DNA of 58,056 bases from Psammoneis japonica (taxonomy: Eukaryota). The notes beneath the pieces were generated by a model, which was given only the letters and a program-made list of their open reading frames with translations, did not search any database and was not told where the DNA came from. The position numbers and the translations under genes were made by a program. The stretch is taken from the NCBI GenBank assembly GCA_008632985.1, contig QPGO01000075.1:312517-370572 (forward strand), in the 5' to 3' direction. Of the stretch, positions 25,401 to 37,010 are shown in pieces (positions within the stretch are counted from its first letter, which is position 1; the number at the start of each line of letters is the position of its first letter).

Positions 25401-28400
25401 GACCAGTGCTTGGGGGTGTGTGTGTGGACAAAGTGACTGCAAAACAGTGAGGTGCTGCAGTGACAAGAAGAAAGGCAGTGTCCCAAGTGACATGTGAGCT
25501 CAACACTCTCAGCGGACAGCTGAACATGCAGCAGCAGGAGTGGCAGGGCATGTGGACAAAAAGTGGGGCAGCAAACACAGCTCAGCACAGTTGCCATCCC
25601 AGCAAGAGTGCCATGATGTGCAAGGTTTGCATGTCCAGACAGGACTGGCACCACTGGTGGGAGAAAAGCACACAACTCTTGTGGTGTGCAAGCAACAAGA
25701 GAACAGTCAGGTGGCACTTTCCCAGCCAGCCAGCAGAGAGCTCAGTCATTTTTCAGGGCCTCATTGTGCATCATAAAAACAGCTGTCGAAGCCATCACAC
25801 ACACAAGAAGAGCCTGTTCATGCCTGAATGACAAAGGTGCATGCCATTGAGCTTTTGTGTCAAAATGAGAAAAGCAGCGTCAAAAACAAAAAGCTCCAAG
25901 ATTGGTGCTTCAAGGCTGAAATGAGTTGCCACTGCAAGCTTGCATCTCTGCCACCAAGAAGCCTTTTTCAAAAAGTTCACCACATTCTTGGACAAGGCAC
26001 ACCTGCTGGAGTGCTTCACAGATGCAAGAACTCTTTTTGTGTGCAAGTGCTGCACTTTACAGTGCTTGTCTGAGCAACACAGTGTTGCAGAAATGTTGAC
26101 TTTGCACCACAGTTGCCTGTGAAAAACATGTGTTGCTGCTGAAAAGGCCAGCGCAAAATCCAAGTTTTTCCACATGGCGATGGCAGGTGCTGCTGCTGTT
26201 GAAAATGTGGTTTGTCCAAAAGCAATGCACACAAGGACATTGATTTGATGCAACATTGATGTTTGGCATCAACAACAACTGTGCATGTAAAAACATTGCT
26301 CTCATGCCTGTCAGGAGACCAATCATGATGAATCCACTGTTGGCGGCAAAGTCAGTGAGATCAAAAGTGCCACCAACAACCTTGAAGCACTCAAAAAAGA
26401 CGTTGAAACTCATTTTTGAGTCTTTGTCACACACATTCAAGACCCCAATCATCGTGCAACATTTCAGCCAGGAAAGAGGTGGTTTCTGCCCACCTCTGTT
26501 GAAAAAGCATGGGCAGCATGCCCCATGTTTCTGAGCAGGACATGCCAAGGGTGTTCAAGCCAAGGTGGATAAATTTTTTAGAAATTTCCATTCTCAGAAC
26601 TCAAATCAAGATCCGTTGGCAAACGCAAATTTGTCACAGTGAAGATGAGCCACCAAGACTCTGGGCATGGCGACAACTGCACACCACACTGTCATGACTT
26701 CCACAAAAAAAGTGGAGATCCCATCAATCCATGCAAGGCCACAGTTGTGTCACAAACAAGAGATGAGAAGGCATCCAGCTGACTGCTTGGAGAGGCAAAT
26801 GTGATGAATCTTCTGTTTCTTCATAAAAAACTTCTGCAAACAAGGAAACAACAACACTGTCAGCAGAAAAAGACCACCACTCTTCCTCAGAGCCTGCAAC
26901 CACAGCTGCAGCCACACCACAATCTCTGGGCAACATGAAGAAAAAGCCTCCAGGCCCAGCAGTGCAAGCAACTCCAGCAGCAGTCATGTCAGCAGCAGAC
27001 AATTGAAGTGCTGGAAATGCCAACCCGCCATCTCCAAATGGTTTTCTGGAGTTTGAAAAATCACTGCAAACAGCTCAGCTTGACACATGTCTGATGCACA
27101 CTGTGGGACACACTGTGCATGAGCTGGTCACCATGCTTTGTGGGGACCAGAGCTGAAAAACACTGTCAGATTCAATGGCCAAGTTGGTTCTGGTTCAGAG
27201 TTGATTTGTGACTGAAGGGTGCAAGAGGCAGCACAAGAAGCACTCGGACCCAGCAGTGGATGCATTGGTGGTGGCAGTTGCAGCACCCAAAACACTTGCT
27301 CACTTTGAGGACAAAGACAAAGACTGAGCAATGGAGAAGATGTTTTCCAAGGATGAGAGAGCTGAGTGCAGAGTGCAAATGTTGGGTGAAGAGGACACTT
27401 TGCAGTTGCAGCAGGTTGGTGGGATGTCAGACAGGAAAATGGCTGCATTCAGTCAAATGCTCTCTGGTCTCTTGGGAGTTGAATTTTGTGATCACAAAAA
27501 CATGCTGTCAAGATTGACAGAGGGGTCAATGATGGACTTCAAAGTGAAGGTTGTGGCAAAAGGAGAAGAGGCAGAGCAACAAAGGTGCGCTGTTGACCAT
27601 GTCAGTGATGTGGCATGCAACTGCACTGTGTCATTGTGTGACTCAAAGCTGCTTTGGAATTCTTCTTTCAAGTCTCTTCCAGATGACAGCACTGTCATCT
27701 TGTGCTTTGGAGGGGACAAAGGCAGCAAGTTTGTGCAGTTCAAGCATGGACTTGCAGCAGTCAATGGGGTTGAGCTCAATGGCACAGATTCATTTGATGC
27801 TTGCACTGTGCTTGATGCACCACCAGACACATGTTGCAATCTCAAGAAGGGTGTTTTTGATGTGACAAAGGATGAAATGAATTTCCATTTTGATGCCACA
27901 CACAAGGAACCTCCAAAGGTGGCTTTGTTTGCATTCAAGGAGAGGGTTCTTTGTGTTGCCATGTGCAGTGGAGAAGAATTGCTGTTTGACAACTCACAAG
28001 AGACACAATGCTCAATTGAGTCAGACTCAGTTTTGCAAGGGGTGTGCTCTGGTGGACCATGCTCCTTTGGTGACACCTCAAGAACATTGTTGCTCCAGGA
28101 CAGCAATGTGGCATGGGGAGTGAAATTCCCAGACATGGGGCAGGATGAGCAAAACACTGTCAGATTCAAGCAGCGAGCCCACATTGAAAAAACAACTCAA
28201 GGATGTCAGAGCAGCATCACGACTCACATTGCATTCTTGGCAGTGACACTGATTTTCTTGACATTGCACTCTGGGTCTTCATGGATTTGCTCTGTGACAT
28301 GCTGCCCCTGCCATCTCTGTGAGATCACCTTGGAAACCTTGAAGACAAGGGGAAAAGACATGGAATGCAGGACAACACATGCCCATGAAAAGTTTCAAGA

Positions 28401-29880
28401 ACAAAAACAAGCTGCAAAGGAGAGCTGCTCCATGAGCCCCAAGCAGTCAATGCCAGCCAACTTTTCTTGCATTCTCATTGTCATGCTTCATGTTGTTGTT
28501 TTGGGTGTCACAAAGAAGTTGTGGAATGAGTCAGTTTGCAAAATCCAAGAAGTTGTTTTGACCATGGAAGTGACAACCAGTGCCGGGAACTTGCCAACAC
28601 CAGGGACTCACTCATGACACACTCACTGTGCACAACAATGCAGAAAACAAGAAGCTGGTGAGGAAAAACATGTCAAGCACACAGAAGACATTTGCTTCAA
28701 GAAACCATGGGAAAAGCATTCTGAGGCCCAACAAAGTGGCACCTGGAACGCAAATGTTGAGAAGGTTTTGCATCAAACTCATGCAAATGCATGCCAACTT
28801 GCAAAGGATGCAAAAGAAGCATGGAACAGCAGGGATGAGAGAGTGCTGCTGTTGCTTGAAGCACCACCAAAGGAATCTGAGCAGATGTGCCTAAAAGAAA
28901 AAAGAGGGTGGCATGAGCAAGTGTTGGAAACACACTGCTGAGTGAGTTGCCAATGAAAGCAAAGCACAACTCATGCTGCAGCAGAGCTTTCAATGGAAAC
29001 GAGGATTGCTTCAGATTGTTGATGAAAAATTGTCAGTTGCTTGTGTTTGATCTTCTCTGAGGACAGCAGCAGCTGAAGCCAATGGAGCACAAAAGACAGA
29101 GAAAATTGCAGCTCATCATGAAAGAGTCTGGAGCACATTTGCCAACATCATTCCATTGTTCTGCTCCACTCAATTGTTGTCACTGCTGGGGAGCATGTCT
29201 TGCCACTTGAAGATGTCAAGACATGTTGGACAGAGTGCATCGACAACACATCAAAGGCTCCACAACCCTCAAGATCCATTTCCTTGCACATCACATGGAA
29301 GCCATGCTCTCTCTCTGTGGTGCTGTTGGATTGTTGGCAGAAGATGGGATGGAATCCATGCATGCCATTGTCAAACACACTGGCAAGGTCATTCGCAGCG
29401 TTGCCCTCAGCACGGGGCACTGGCTGGGCATGTGGTCAAGAGAGCCTTTGGGCAAGAAAGAGAAGTGCAGTTTCCAAGGAATGTGAGGCCAGTGGCAAGC
29501 CATCCAACAGAAGGAAGACAGTGCAGGGAAGGAGTGGGAACAAGAATGAAGTTGCCAGCACTTTTCAACTGACGTGGGTTGACGCCGCACCGCATCTCAC
29601 ATGCCATCAAGTGTTTTGTTGTTGACGAGCAAGGTTCAAGGTGAGTCTGAAGACGGACCAACCTTTCCTCCCAACTTTCAGCCAATAGAGTGTGAGAAGT
29701 GCCAGGATGGGGTGGGCACATATGTTGCAATGCCCAACGTGTTGATGCCGCTGCATCACTTGTTGCATTGTGTCGAGAGGAGCACGAAGCTTGAAAAGTG
29801 AGAAAAGATGCATTTTTTCATGTGACATCAGGTCATGGGTTAAGTCACTCTCTGTCGCCATGCACGCAGGGCCCTGCTGT
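19435..29880. mobile_element. TpA-depleted block of degenerate transposon DNA, block 2
   Basis: TA is frequent up to 19434 and then nearly vanishes for about 10.4 kb; contains a DDE transposase relic. Confidence 0.8.
27331..29400 (+). pseudogene. RAG1-core-like (Transib/Chapaev-type) DDE transposase relic, frameshifted
   Basis: Ordered motifs: FGGDKG (first catalytic D), DT(C)(C)NL, CPCHLC, MLHVVVLG (PLHxxLG-like), FNGN near 28990, KIHFLAHH and GLLAEDGMESMHA (KxHxLxxH...GxxxExGxESxH, catalytic E). The 428-aa ORF has no Tyr. Confidence 0.6.
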
Positions 29881-30296
29881 AGTCCACCGGCACCAGTAGA
29901 AAACAAGCACCCTGACTTTCGTGTTGGACTACCGTGTGGACTCCTACCGGTACCTTCGCTTCGAGCACGCCATTTTCATGCACGAACTTGGTTCCGACTG
30001 TTGCAACTTTTGAAGCTCAAGGTAACTGTTACCGTTAGAAGATGACCCTGTACAGTTATCACAATTATCACAACTTGCGACATCTATATTGTATCTATAT
30101 ATACAACGAGAATGTAGTAATTTGTATTCTTATCAAAATGACAGTAGAAGTGAATTCGTAATCCAGGGACGGCAACCGATGATGACACGAATTTTTAAAT
30201 CATTCATATTTTACTTCAAGACAGGATAAATATTTAAATAAGATTTTAACGGCGAAAGACAAAACTATCGCGCAAGCAGGTCACAAAATCTGTTGT

Positions 30297-31379
30297 GTGC
30301 CGCCCATTCATTGCATGCTTTCGACCATGATGCACAAAAAGAAAACGACCATGGCTCCACCGTATGGATCTATCCAAGCCTCCGCTTCGACCGAAGAGGA
30401 CAGCAGCGCCGAAAGCAACTTTGATCCCGAGATACCGACGATAGTAACAAACGATAGCGGAAGCCCCCAGGTGCAGGAGACCATGGAATCATCTGAAAAG
30501 TACGACGCTGCAACGATTCGGGCCGAGTTCAGAACCTACCAATCGATTCTGCCCCGACCCGACGAACTCCTGCAGGGACACCACTCGGTCCACACGCTTC
30601 GAAGCAATATCGAGCAGAGCAACATCGAAGTACCGCGTTTCATGAAAGACAAATTCGAAGGTGGGATCACGCCGCATCACGCCCTGTGCTGCTTGCTTCT
30701 AAGCGACTACGAAGCGGAGGAACGCAAGGAGGCGGAGGAAAGGCGGCGTGTCTACCCGTGGCTGGTCCGAATACTGTCCTTCGGTTACCTACACCGCCAG
30801 CTCAACAATCCGGCGGAGTTTATCAGGGATCAGTTCAACAGGGTCGCCCATGCCATCCCCGTAGAAGACGTCAAGCCGAAAACGCTAAGGTTGAAGATTC
30901 GGGACAGGGGCCTACCCGTGCCGAACTACTTCCTCGACCCGGAGGACGGCAATCAGTTCCCACCCCACATTGCGCTGCTGGTGATCCTTCAAGAAGACGA
31001 GGAAGAGTCGAGAAAGCTGAACAATGTTTTCTACCGCGTCCTTTTCTCGTTGTTTGCTTTCGTGGCTCTGCTTCTCCGAATTGTACTCGAGGTCATTGGC
31101 GGTGCGGGAGCCATCTGGGGTGGCGCGGAGGTTTTCACGCTTCGCCACGCCGACAATGCGGAACTGTGGCGGTGGATTTCCGTCATTGTCGGTGTCCTGT
31201 GCCTGCTCCGTTTCGTGACTCTGAACGTGCCACAGAAAGAGGATGAGGGCGACATTCTCGGGCCAGCCGGACCCTGGAGTCTCCGCCCGCCCGTTCGGTT
31301 CCGGGCCGTTTGCGAACATCCCTTTCACTATTTTGTGCGGGCGGCGCCGCCATTCTCTGACAGCAAAAAGCGCGACTAA
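30297..31379 (+). CDS. Hypothetical membrane protein, about 350 aa (true start probably a Met at 30315-30351)
   Basis: Long ORF with normal composition; C-terminal hydrophobic segments (VLFSLFAFVALLLRIVLEV, WISVIVGVLCLLRF). Confidence 0.75.
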   Translation: MPPIHCMLSTMMHKKKTTMAPPYGSIQASASTEEDSSAESNFDPEIPTIVTNDSGSPQVQETMESSEKYDAATIRAEFRTYQSILPRPDELLQGHHSVHTLRSNIEQSNIEVPRFMKDKFEGGITPHHALCCLLLSDYEAEERKEAEERRRVYPWLVRILSFGYLHRQLNNPAEFIRDQFNRVAHAIPVEDVKPKTLRLKIRDRGLPVPNYFLDPEDGNQFPPHIALLVILQEDEEESRKLNNVFYRVLFSLFAFVALLLRIVLEVIGGAGAIWGGAEVFTLRHADNAELWRWISVIVGVLCLLRFVTLNVPQKEDEGDILGPAGPWSLRPPVRFRAVCEHPFHYFVRAAPPFSDSKKRD

Positions 31380-31734
31380 CCAATTCGATTCGCGTCCTGC
31401 AAGAGATGGCTTCTTCTTGGTTACCAGAGACGGTACAACTGCAAATAGATCAATAACTCATTCAAAGAATACTTACGGTAGACCTAGGAAAGCGTATTTC
31501 CGCGGATAAAGCTTTGAACAGTACCTAACCCGTTAACTCGTGCCAACTATCCGTGTGTGCACCGATTGTGCGAACGCACATGGGCCCAAAAGTTTGACCC
31601 TCAAAATTGGGTTGGAAGAATCATCAGTTGAACGAGCCGTACGAACCATTGGTACCCATAGTAGGAATAGTACGAACTTCCATGGGACGGTAGTTTGACC
31701 CTTCCTTCGATGCCTTCGGTAGCTGGTGGTGTTG

Positions 31735-32120
31735 CGTCCGCATCCCCAGAGTCTAAGGCATAAACAGAAAGCGGCAGTGGAATGAGGGAAATAGTACAAG
31801 CGACGCCACCAAACTGGTCACATGTCCGAACTGTTCCACCACCATTTGGCCCAAAAAGCTGGAAGGCGTCGCTCCAAGACCAAAGCAATATGCGGTCAAG
31901 CCGACCGTAAAAATAAGAAATGCACGCAATCTGCACATGAGCAGGGACGACGCATAATACTCTTCGATCACTAGCTTATTGAACTTACTCGGAGCGTTGA
32001 AGCGACCTGTCCCGAATAGGTAATGTCCGCCATCAACGCCTCCACTAAGCCCGCCCAAGATCTGAGTTGACAAAAGAGCTGTACTGCGAGCATCTTTGAA
32101 GCATATTATGAGTGCACAAC
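31735..32120 (-). pseudogene. C-terminal fragment of an MFS-type transporter
   Basis: STQILGGLSGGV...GTGRFNA...GLTAYCFGLGATPSSFLGQMVVEQFGHVTSL resembles the last MFS helices; it is disrupted (MP*TLG) and has no room for the N-terminal half before the upstream gene. Confidence 0.45.
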
Positions 32121-32286
32121 GCCACCCGGAGTCAATTTGTCCCCGGCATGGAAGAGAACGAAAGATCAAAGAGTGGGATACAACTATTGAAACGCGTCTC
32201 GATCGGCCTTGACAAGTTCACTTTGTTTTAGGCTTAATTAGCACACTCACTTTCACACTACTTGGACTGATGCTTCGTCGCAATAT

Positions 32287-33672
32287 TTACGAAAAGCCAA
32301 ATCCAACACGAGCATAGTCTTTCCAAGAACTCAAATCCTCGTCCGCTTCCACACTATCATCAGTACCGCCTTCAGTGAATCCCATGGACGCTTTGGGTTC
32401 CAAAATGACGTTTAGCACTCTCATTGGAAGCTGCGCCGCCCCGCCTCGGACTTGTGCCGCCAGCTTGGCAACTTTGCGTCGCTTCACCCACAAGTAGTTC
32501 ATGTATAGCCGTGCACAAACCATTCTCTTGATCACCATCAACAGATTGGCCCTCTTCGCATTGTCTCCAAAGGATTGTTCCCAGAGTGCGTATAGTCCAT
32601 CCGCAGCCAACAAGACACCCACCGCAACTTCCAGGGCGAGACAGATTCGTGACGAGAGTTTGGCCAAGACGGCTTGTCGTTTGGCCGGAGTCGCATTCTT
32701 CCATACGGACGGTGTCACCAAGAGACTCATGACAACATTGGTCACAGATTGACCAACTTGTAGGAGAGACGAAATGGAAGCATTCTCTTGTTCTTGATTG
32801 GTGGTGAGCAAAACCAAAACGTCTGAAAGTACCAGCAGAGTTGAGATGGCTTCTCGAATCAAAATGGGTCCCACCAATAAGAGCGGACTGTATTTTCCAA
32901 TGGGTGGTTTCCACCACCACGGTTCTGCTCCAGTAGAAGTGGGTATCCACACCAAGAGGAGCGCAGTATAAAAGAGATACTGCGACACGGGATCATCCGA
33001 CAGTTTCTCCATCCATACACGAGCTTTTCTTAGCCCCACCTGAGGAATCGCGGTGGCAGCCATGGTCGATGCGGCCAAAAGTCCACTAACGTGTTTGGTC
33101 ATGGCAAACTGCAAACTCCTTTTCAAACATGTGAGTTTAAGCTTTGATTTTGTGGGAAGAAGGATTGTTCCAAATGCTGCGAGTGTCGCCAAGGACGAAC
33201 AGACGCACTGGAGTGCGTGCGCTCCACCGTGAGACTTCAAAAAGTAATTTGCCAACACAGACGTGGCGGCAGCTTCCACTCCACCTCCTTCTTCCTGTAT
33301 ATCTCTATTGTAATCAGAAGCACCCATGGCATATCCAACAGACGAGACCGAGTCGTCAATTTTGTCAAGATCGGATCGTAAGATATCAGCATCCTTACGA
33401 ATCGCATTTCCGAGAGCTTGGGCAGAATCCTTTTCCGACAGTGTTTTTGATAACTCTTCCTTACCATCAATCGGCTTCTTTTTTCTCCTCTTCTTTTTCT
33501 TTTTGGGCGCTACTGCTGCTGCATTCGTGTCGCCTCCACGAGGAAGCTTGGCGGAGACTAATGACGAGAGGGACGACTTTGTGCGAGATGCGGTCGGAAG
33601 CTCTGGAATGTTGGACGCGTTCGTCGGACTTGCCGAGGCACATATCACCAACACAACGAATGGTTTCTTCAT
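32287..33672 (-). CDS. Multi-pass membrane protein, weakly TMEM33/Pom33-like
   Basis: ORF 32287-33729; likely start MKKPFVVLVICASAS (signal-like, followed by an LPRGG motif); several hydrophobic segments; DDPVSQYLFYTALLL resembles TMEM33 family (weak). Confidence 0.7.
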   Translation of the reverse strand: MKKPFVVLVICASASPTNASNIPELPTASRTKSSLSSLVSAKLPRGGDTNAAAVAPKKKKKRRKKKPIDGKEELSKTLSEKDSAQALGNAIRKDADILRSDLDKIDDSVSSVGYAMGASDYNRDIQEEGGGVEAAATSVLANYFLKSHGGAHALQCVCSSLATLAAFGTILLPTKSKLKLTCLKRSLQFAMTKHVSGLLAASTMAATAIPQVGLRKARVWMEKLSDDPVSQYLFYTALLLVWIPTSTGAEPWWWKPPIGKYSPLLLVGPILIREAISTLLVLSDVLVLLTTNQEQENASISSLLQVGQSVTNVVMSLLVTPSVWKNATPAKRQAVLAKLSSRICLALEVAVGVLLAADGLYALWEQSFGDNAKRANLLMVIKRMVCARLYMNYLWVKRRKVAKLAAQVRGGAAQLPMRVLNVILEPKASMGFTEGGTDDSVEADEDLSSWKDYARVGFGFS

Positions 33673-34060
33673 GTTGTTCTCGTATCTCAGTACTTGTTTT
33701 TCTTTTCTCTTTTTTGTTATACATAACAACGACGAGGCGGTTCGTTCAGATGTTACTTCTGGCCGCCGTCCTGCTTTCGTTTCGCTCGTCGTCCTCTATC
33801 GCGAGCAGTTGAGCGAGCTACTGTAATCTTTTTCGTCCGTCCGTCCGTCGCATCGACGCACGATTCGACGCAGTCAACGCGACGTCGTTCTCGAGACGTT
33901 TGACGTTGCGTGTTGCGTTGGCCCGTTGCTACTTCTACTACTTGCACAGTACAGAGCGATCGGCGTTTCAAAACTTGAACGAACAGAAAGGAAACAACAC
34001 AACGAGGGGTTATCACACGCTTGTATAAAGCTTCGACGCATTCCTTATCCTTGCTGCAGA

Positions 34061-34939
34061 ATGATGAAGTCCATTGCTACGTTCGCTTTGTGCCTCCTTG
34101 TTGGAACATGCTTGAGGCATTCTTTTCGGCCGTCCACCCCAGAACAAGTACCCAGGGTCTCCGTTTCAGCTCGCCCGATTCCTCCTGTGGAAGATTTTCC
34201 ACAAGGGTTTGAAGAGTTGAAAAGGGGCTATGAATCTTTTGTGTGGAATCAGGATTGGGTGGACTACGGTTCATGGAGTTGGGCTGATGATGATGTGGAG
34301 GTTTGGAGACAAAAATTCGTCGAGCTTGGTGCGGACCTTCTTGTGCGGCAAGCAAAAGTTGGCCAAGCTTACGTTCGCGGCGTCAATGTTAGAGAAGAAA
34401 TGGGTAGAGAGCTGACCGAGATATTTTACTGTGAGCTTGAGTATACAGACTATGAAGCTTGGCTGGAGGACATGGCCCATTTCGAATATCTTCCTCACTA
34501 TCTCCAATCCATACAGGAGTTCCTCGAGCCAGAAGGAGAGGGGTCCTCCCGTGCGTCTTATACATCAATCGCCAGTCGAAGTTTCGAGTTCCGGGCCCAC
34601 TACTCTAGTTTCTATCTGAAAAGTAGGGCCAGGTATGCCGAGTTATTGTCGGACGCCGAAAAACAGATGCAACTGCCGATGGACCACGACGTGACTGGGC
34701 TGAAAGCCATTGTGGAACTCATTCAAAAGGCGACTGATATTCGCCAAAAGAAAGTAGATGAGGGCAATCTTAGCCAGTTGGTGGAATTCTTGCTTCCTCT
34801 CCTTCGGGACTATCTCCCGACAGTACAAGTACCCACATTTCACGGACTGTCGTCGACGAGGCCTCAGAGGAATGAAACAGTTATTGAAGTGCCCGACACG
34901 CAGTTCAAGATTGAAATTCACGGACCATCACGCTTTTAG
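34061..34939 (+). CDS. Hypothetical protein with N-terminal signal peptide/anchor
   Basis: Within ORF 33926-34939; MMKSIATFALCLLVG is a plausible start; normal composition. Confidence 0.7.
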   Translation: MMKSIATFALCLLVGTCLRHSFRPSTPEQVPRVSVSARPIPPVEDFPQGFEELKRGYESFVWNQDWVDYGSWSWADDDVEVWRQKFVELGADLLVRQAKVGQAYVRGVNVREEMGRELTEIFYCELEYTDYEAWLEDMAHFEYLPHYLQSIQEFLEPEGEGSSRASYTSIASRSFEFRAHYSSFYLKSRARYAELLSDAEKQMQLPMDHDVTGLKAIVELIQKATDIRQKKVDEGNLSQLVEFLLPLLRDYLPTVQVPTFHGLSSTRPQRNETVIEVPDTQFKIEIHGPSRF

Positions 34940-35645
34940 ATTAGCAGCTACAAGATTTCCCGCCTTAATTCTAGCTAGAGATAATGTGAAAAATAGGGCT
35001 TGCCTCTTTCTTCTTTTGCCGCCGTTACTTATTACACTACTACGTGTAGGTATCAGTTCGCTTTCTCAGCAAATCCGTACAGTACCGGTGCTTTCTACCG
35101 GTACACAGCTGAAGGTTGAACGTTGAGGGTGCTGCAACGTTTAAGCAACTAACTACTTGGGATGGGCAACGGTGTGCTATTTGAATGATGCAATAATGTC
35201 TACCACAGGCATCGACCAAAGCACTATAGGAGCGACCCCGAAGCCATTGGGAAAAGCAAACAAAACGAATCGCCAAAACAGCTTCGTGCCACGCACACGA
35301 CGCTGTCACGACCAGCCACAAACCCTTGATTGACAGGAAGCTCTGAAACAGTGCTTTCTTTTTTACGGCCGACAAATCAAAATTTCTATGAAACCATAGG
35401 TGAATACCGAACAAACATACAACCCAACGTTGATCACGCGACAACTACTAAATCTGTTGATAGTTGAAAAGCTCAAAAGTAACCTATTACTGGTGTGCAA
35501 TGGGCAATACTCGTAGCTACTAAAGTAATCCTCTTATAGATACGTACATCCGCTAACCATGCGTGTTTCGTGTAGTTGCTTGATCGCGGCGCGGAAGGAA
35601 GGTAGGCTTCATGTATCCTGCATTAGTCATTTCTGACTACGCTTA

Positions 35646-36191
35646 CTACAAAGGAAAGATCTGTCCACGAACTTCACCAGGAGGATTCTTTTCGGTGTGC
35701 ACGTTGAGGTAGATCTTGCGCTGTTGAATAGCTTCGAAGAGAGACGCGGGGTTGTTAATGGCAACATCGCAAGCTCCCGTTCCGTCCGTCTCTATGATCT
35801 CCGCGATTTTCCCCGAAGCGATGCGTCCGTTCCTGGTGACACCGCCCGGACCCCCGATGGGCGCCACGTTGAACAAGACCGCAACGACGGGGCCGTTCGC
35901 GCCTGCCGAGTTGCAATGCAAGTGCGCCTGCGTAATCTTGCGTCCCCTAAAGACGTCCAAGGTGAACCAGACATTGGTGAAGGTCTTGTCAAAGAAGAGG
36001 CGAATAAAGGCGGACGACCTAGATTCGACGGCAGGAACTTCTTGGGCACCGCTTGCGTTTGCCGTGAATGAGTAGCACTTTCCTGGTTGGCAGCAAATAC
36101 CAAAACAATTGGTCTTGTGCGAAGAACCCGAAGCCAGTGGGGCGGACAACAAGGTGGCGACAAGAGCAAAGACGACGGTGTGAATCTTCAT
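35646..36191 (-). CDS. Secreted CHRD-domain protein, 181 aa
   Basis: Signal peptide; CHRD motifs SGAQEVP, ITQAHLH, GANGPVV, YLNVHTEKNPPGEVRGQI. Confidence 0.92.
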   Translation of the reverse strand: MKIHTVVFALVATLLSAPLASGSSHKTNCFGICCQPGKCYSFTANASGAQEVPAVESRSSAFIRLFFDKTFTNVWFTLDVFRGRKITQAHLHCNSAGANGPVVAVLFNVAPIGGPGGVTRNGRIASGKIAEIIETDGTGACDVAINNPASLFEAIQQRKIYLNVHTEKNPPGEVRGQIFPL

Positions 36192-37010
36192 CTTGGTGTA
36201 GGTCTACCTTGGTATCTTGGGGTTTAGATTTTTTTTTTGTGACACGTCGGCGAATACAGTAATGATTTTAATTTTGGGGTGAAGCTGTGAATGATTTGTG
36301 AGGCGATCAGCGTGGAGTGAGGCGGGGGCAATAGCCGCAAAGATTTCGCGCGATAATTGTTTTTCGGGTCTTGGCCAATAAATGATTTACTTAAAAAGGA
36401 TTTCATGGAGAAAATCCATCTACTTATTAATAAATTATATCATTTATATAGAGAAAAATGACAATGGCCCTACAAACACTTCTTCGTCCATGTCATAGAG
36501 GTACAGTACAGTACTGTATTTGTTCATAATACAGTATATATATATATCCAGCATGAACCTGGTATTCCATCGTATGTATGATTCGTACCATGTTTCCACT
36601 CAATAAATATTTCTGGGACTTAACATCCTTGATGACATTTCCGAACATCAGACAAATTTGCACGACGCGCGCCGCCGCCCGGCCGGCCGCCCGCCGCCCG
36701 CCCGAAACTTGTTTTATTTCGTCTGTCCCTCGACCCGCGTATTTGCCGGGTGACGTGTTTCTGGTGAGGGTCGGAGGGAGAAAAACGAAATTCTATTCCC
36801 ACAACAAAACACAATACTCTTTCACATCCTTCGTGGAATCTATCCATCTCCTTCGCAAGAACATGCCGCGAACTCTTTGGAAGAAAATCGAGTGGCTTTG
36901 CGGGTCGAGGGTCGAGTCGTCGTCGAGTCGAGTCGAGGTAGTTCTTATTGTTGCTGCTGTTGTTGAGCATTGCTCTCGATCAAACGGCACACAAGAAGAG
37001 AAACACAACC

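Noticed and set aside
2976..29880. Very many 60-250 aa ORFs on all six frames in the repeat blocks
   Set aside because: Loss of TA removes TAA/TAG stops and Tyr codons, inflating ORFs; products are Cys/His/Gln-rich and overlap on both strands. Not genes, and not an alternative genetic code, since neighbouring genes use Tyr and TAA/TAG normally.
19412..29953. CTACCGGTAC at 19412-19421 and 29944-29953 as a 10-bp TSD around block 2
   Set aside because: The same motif occurs in unrelated intergenic DNA near 35095-35104, and no convincing TIRs lie inside the pair.
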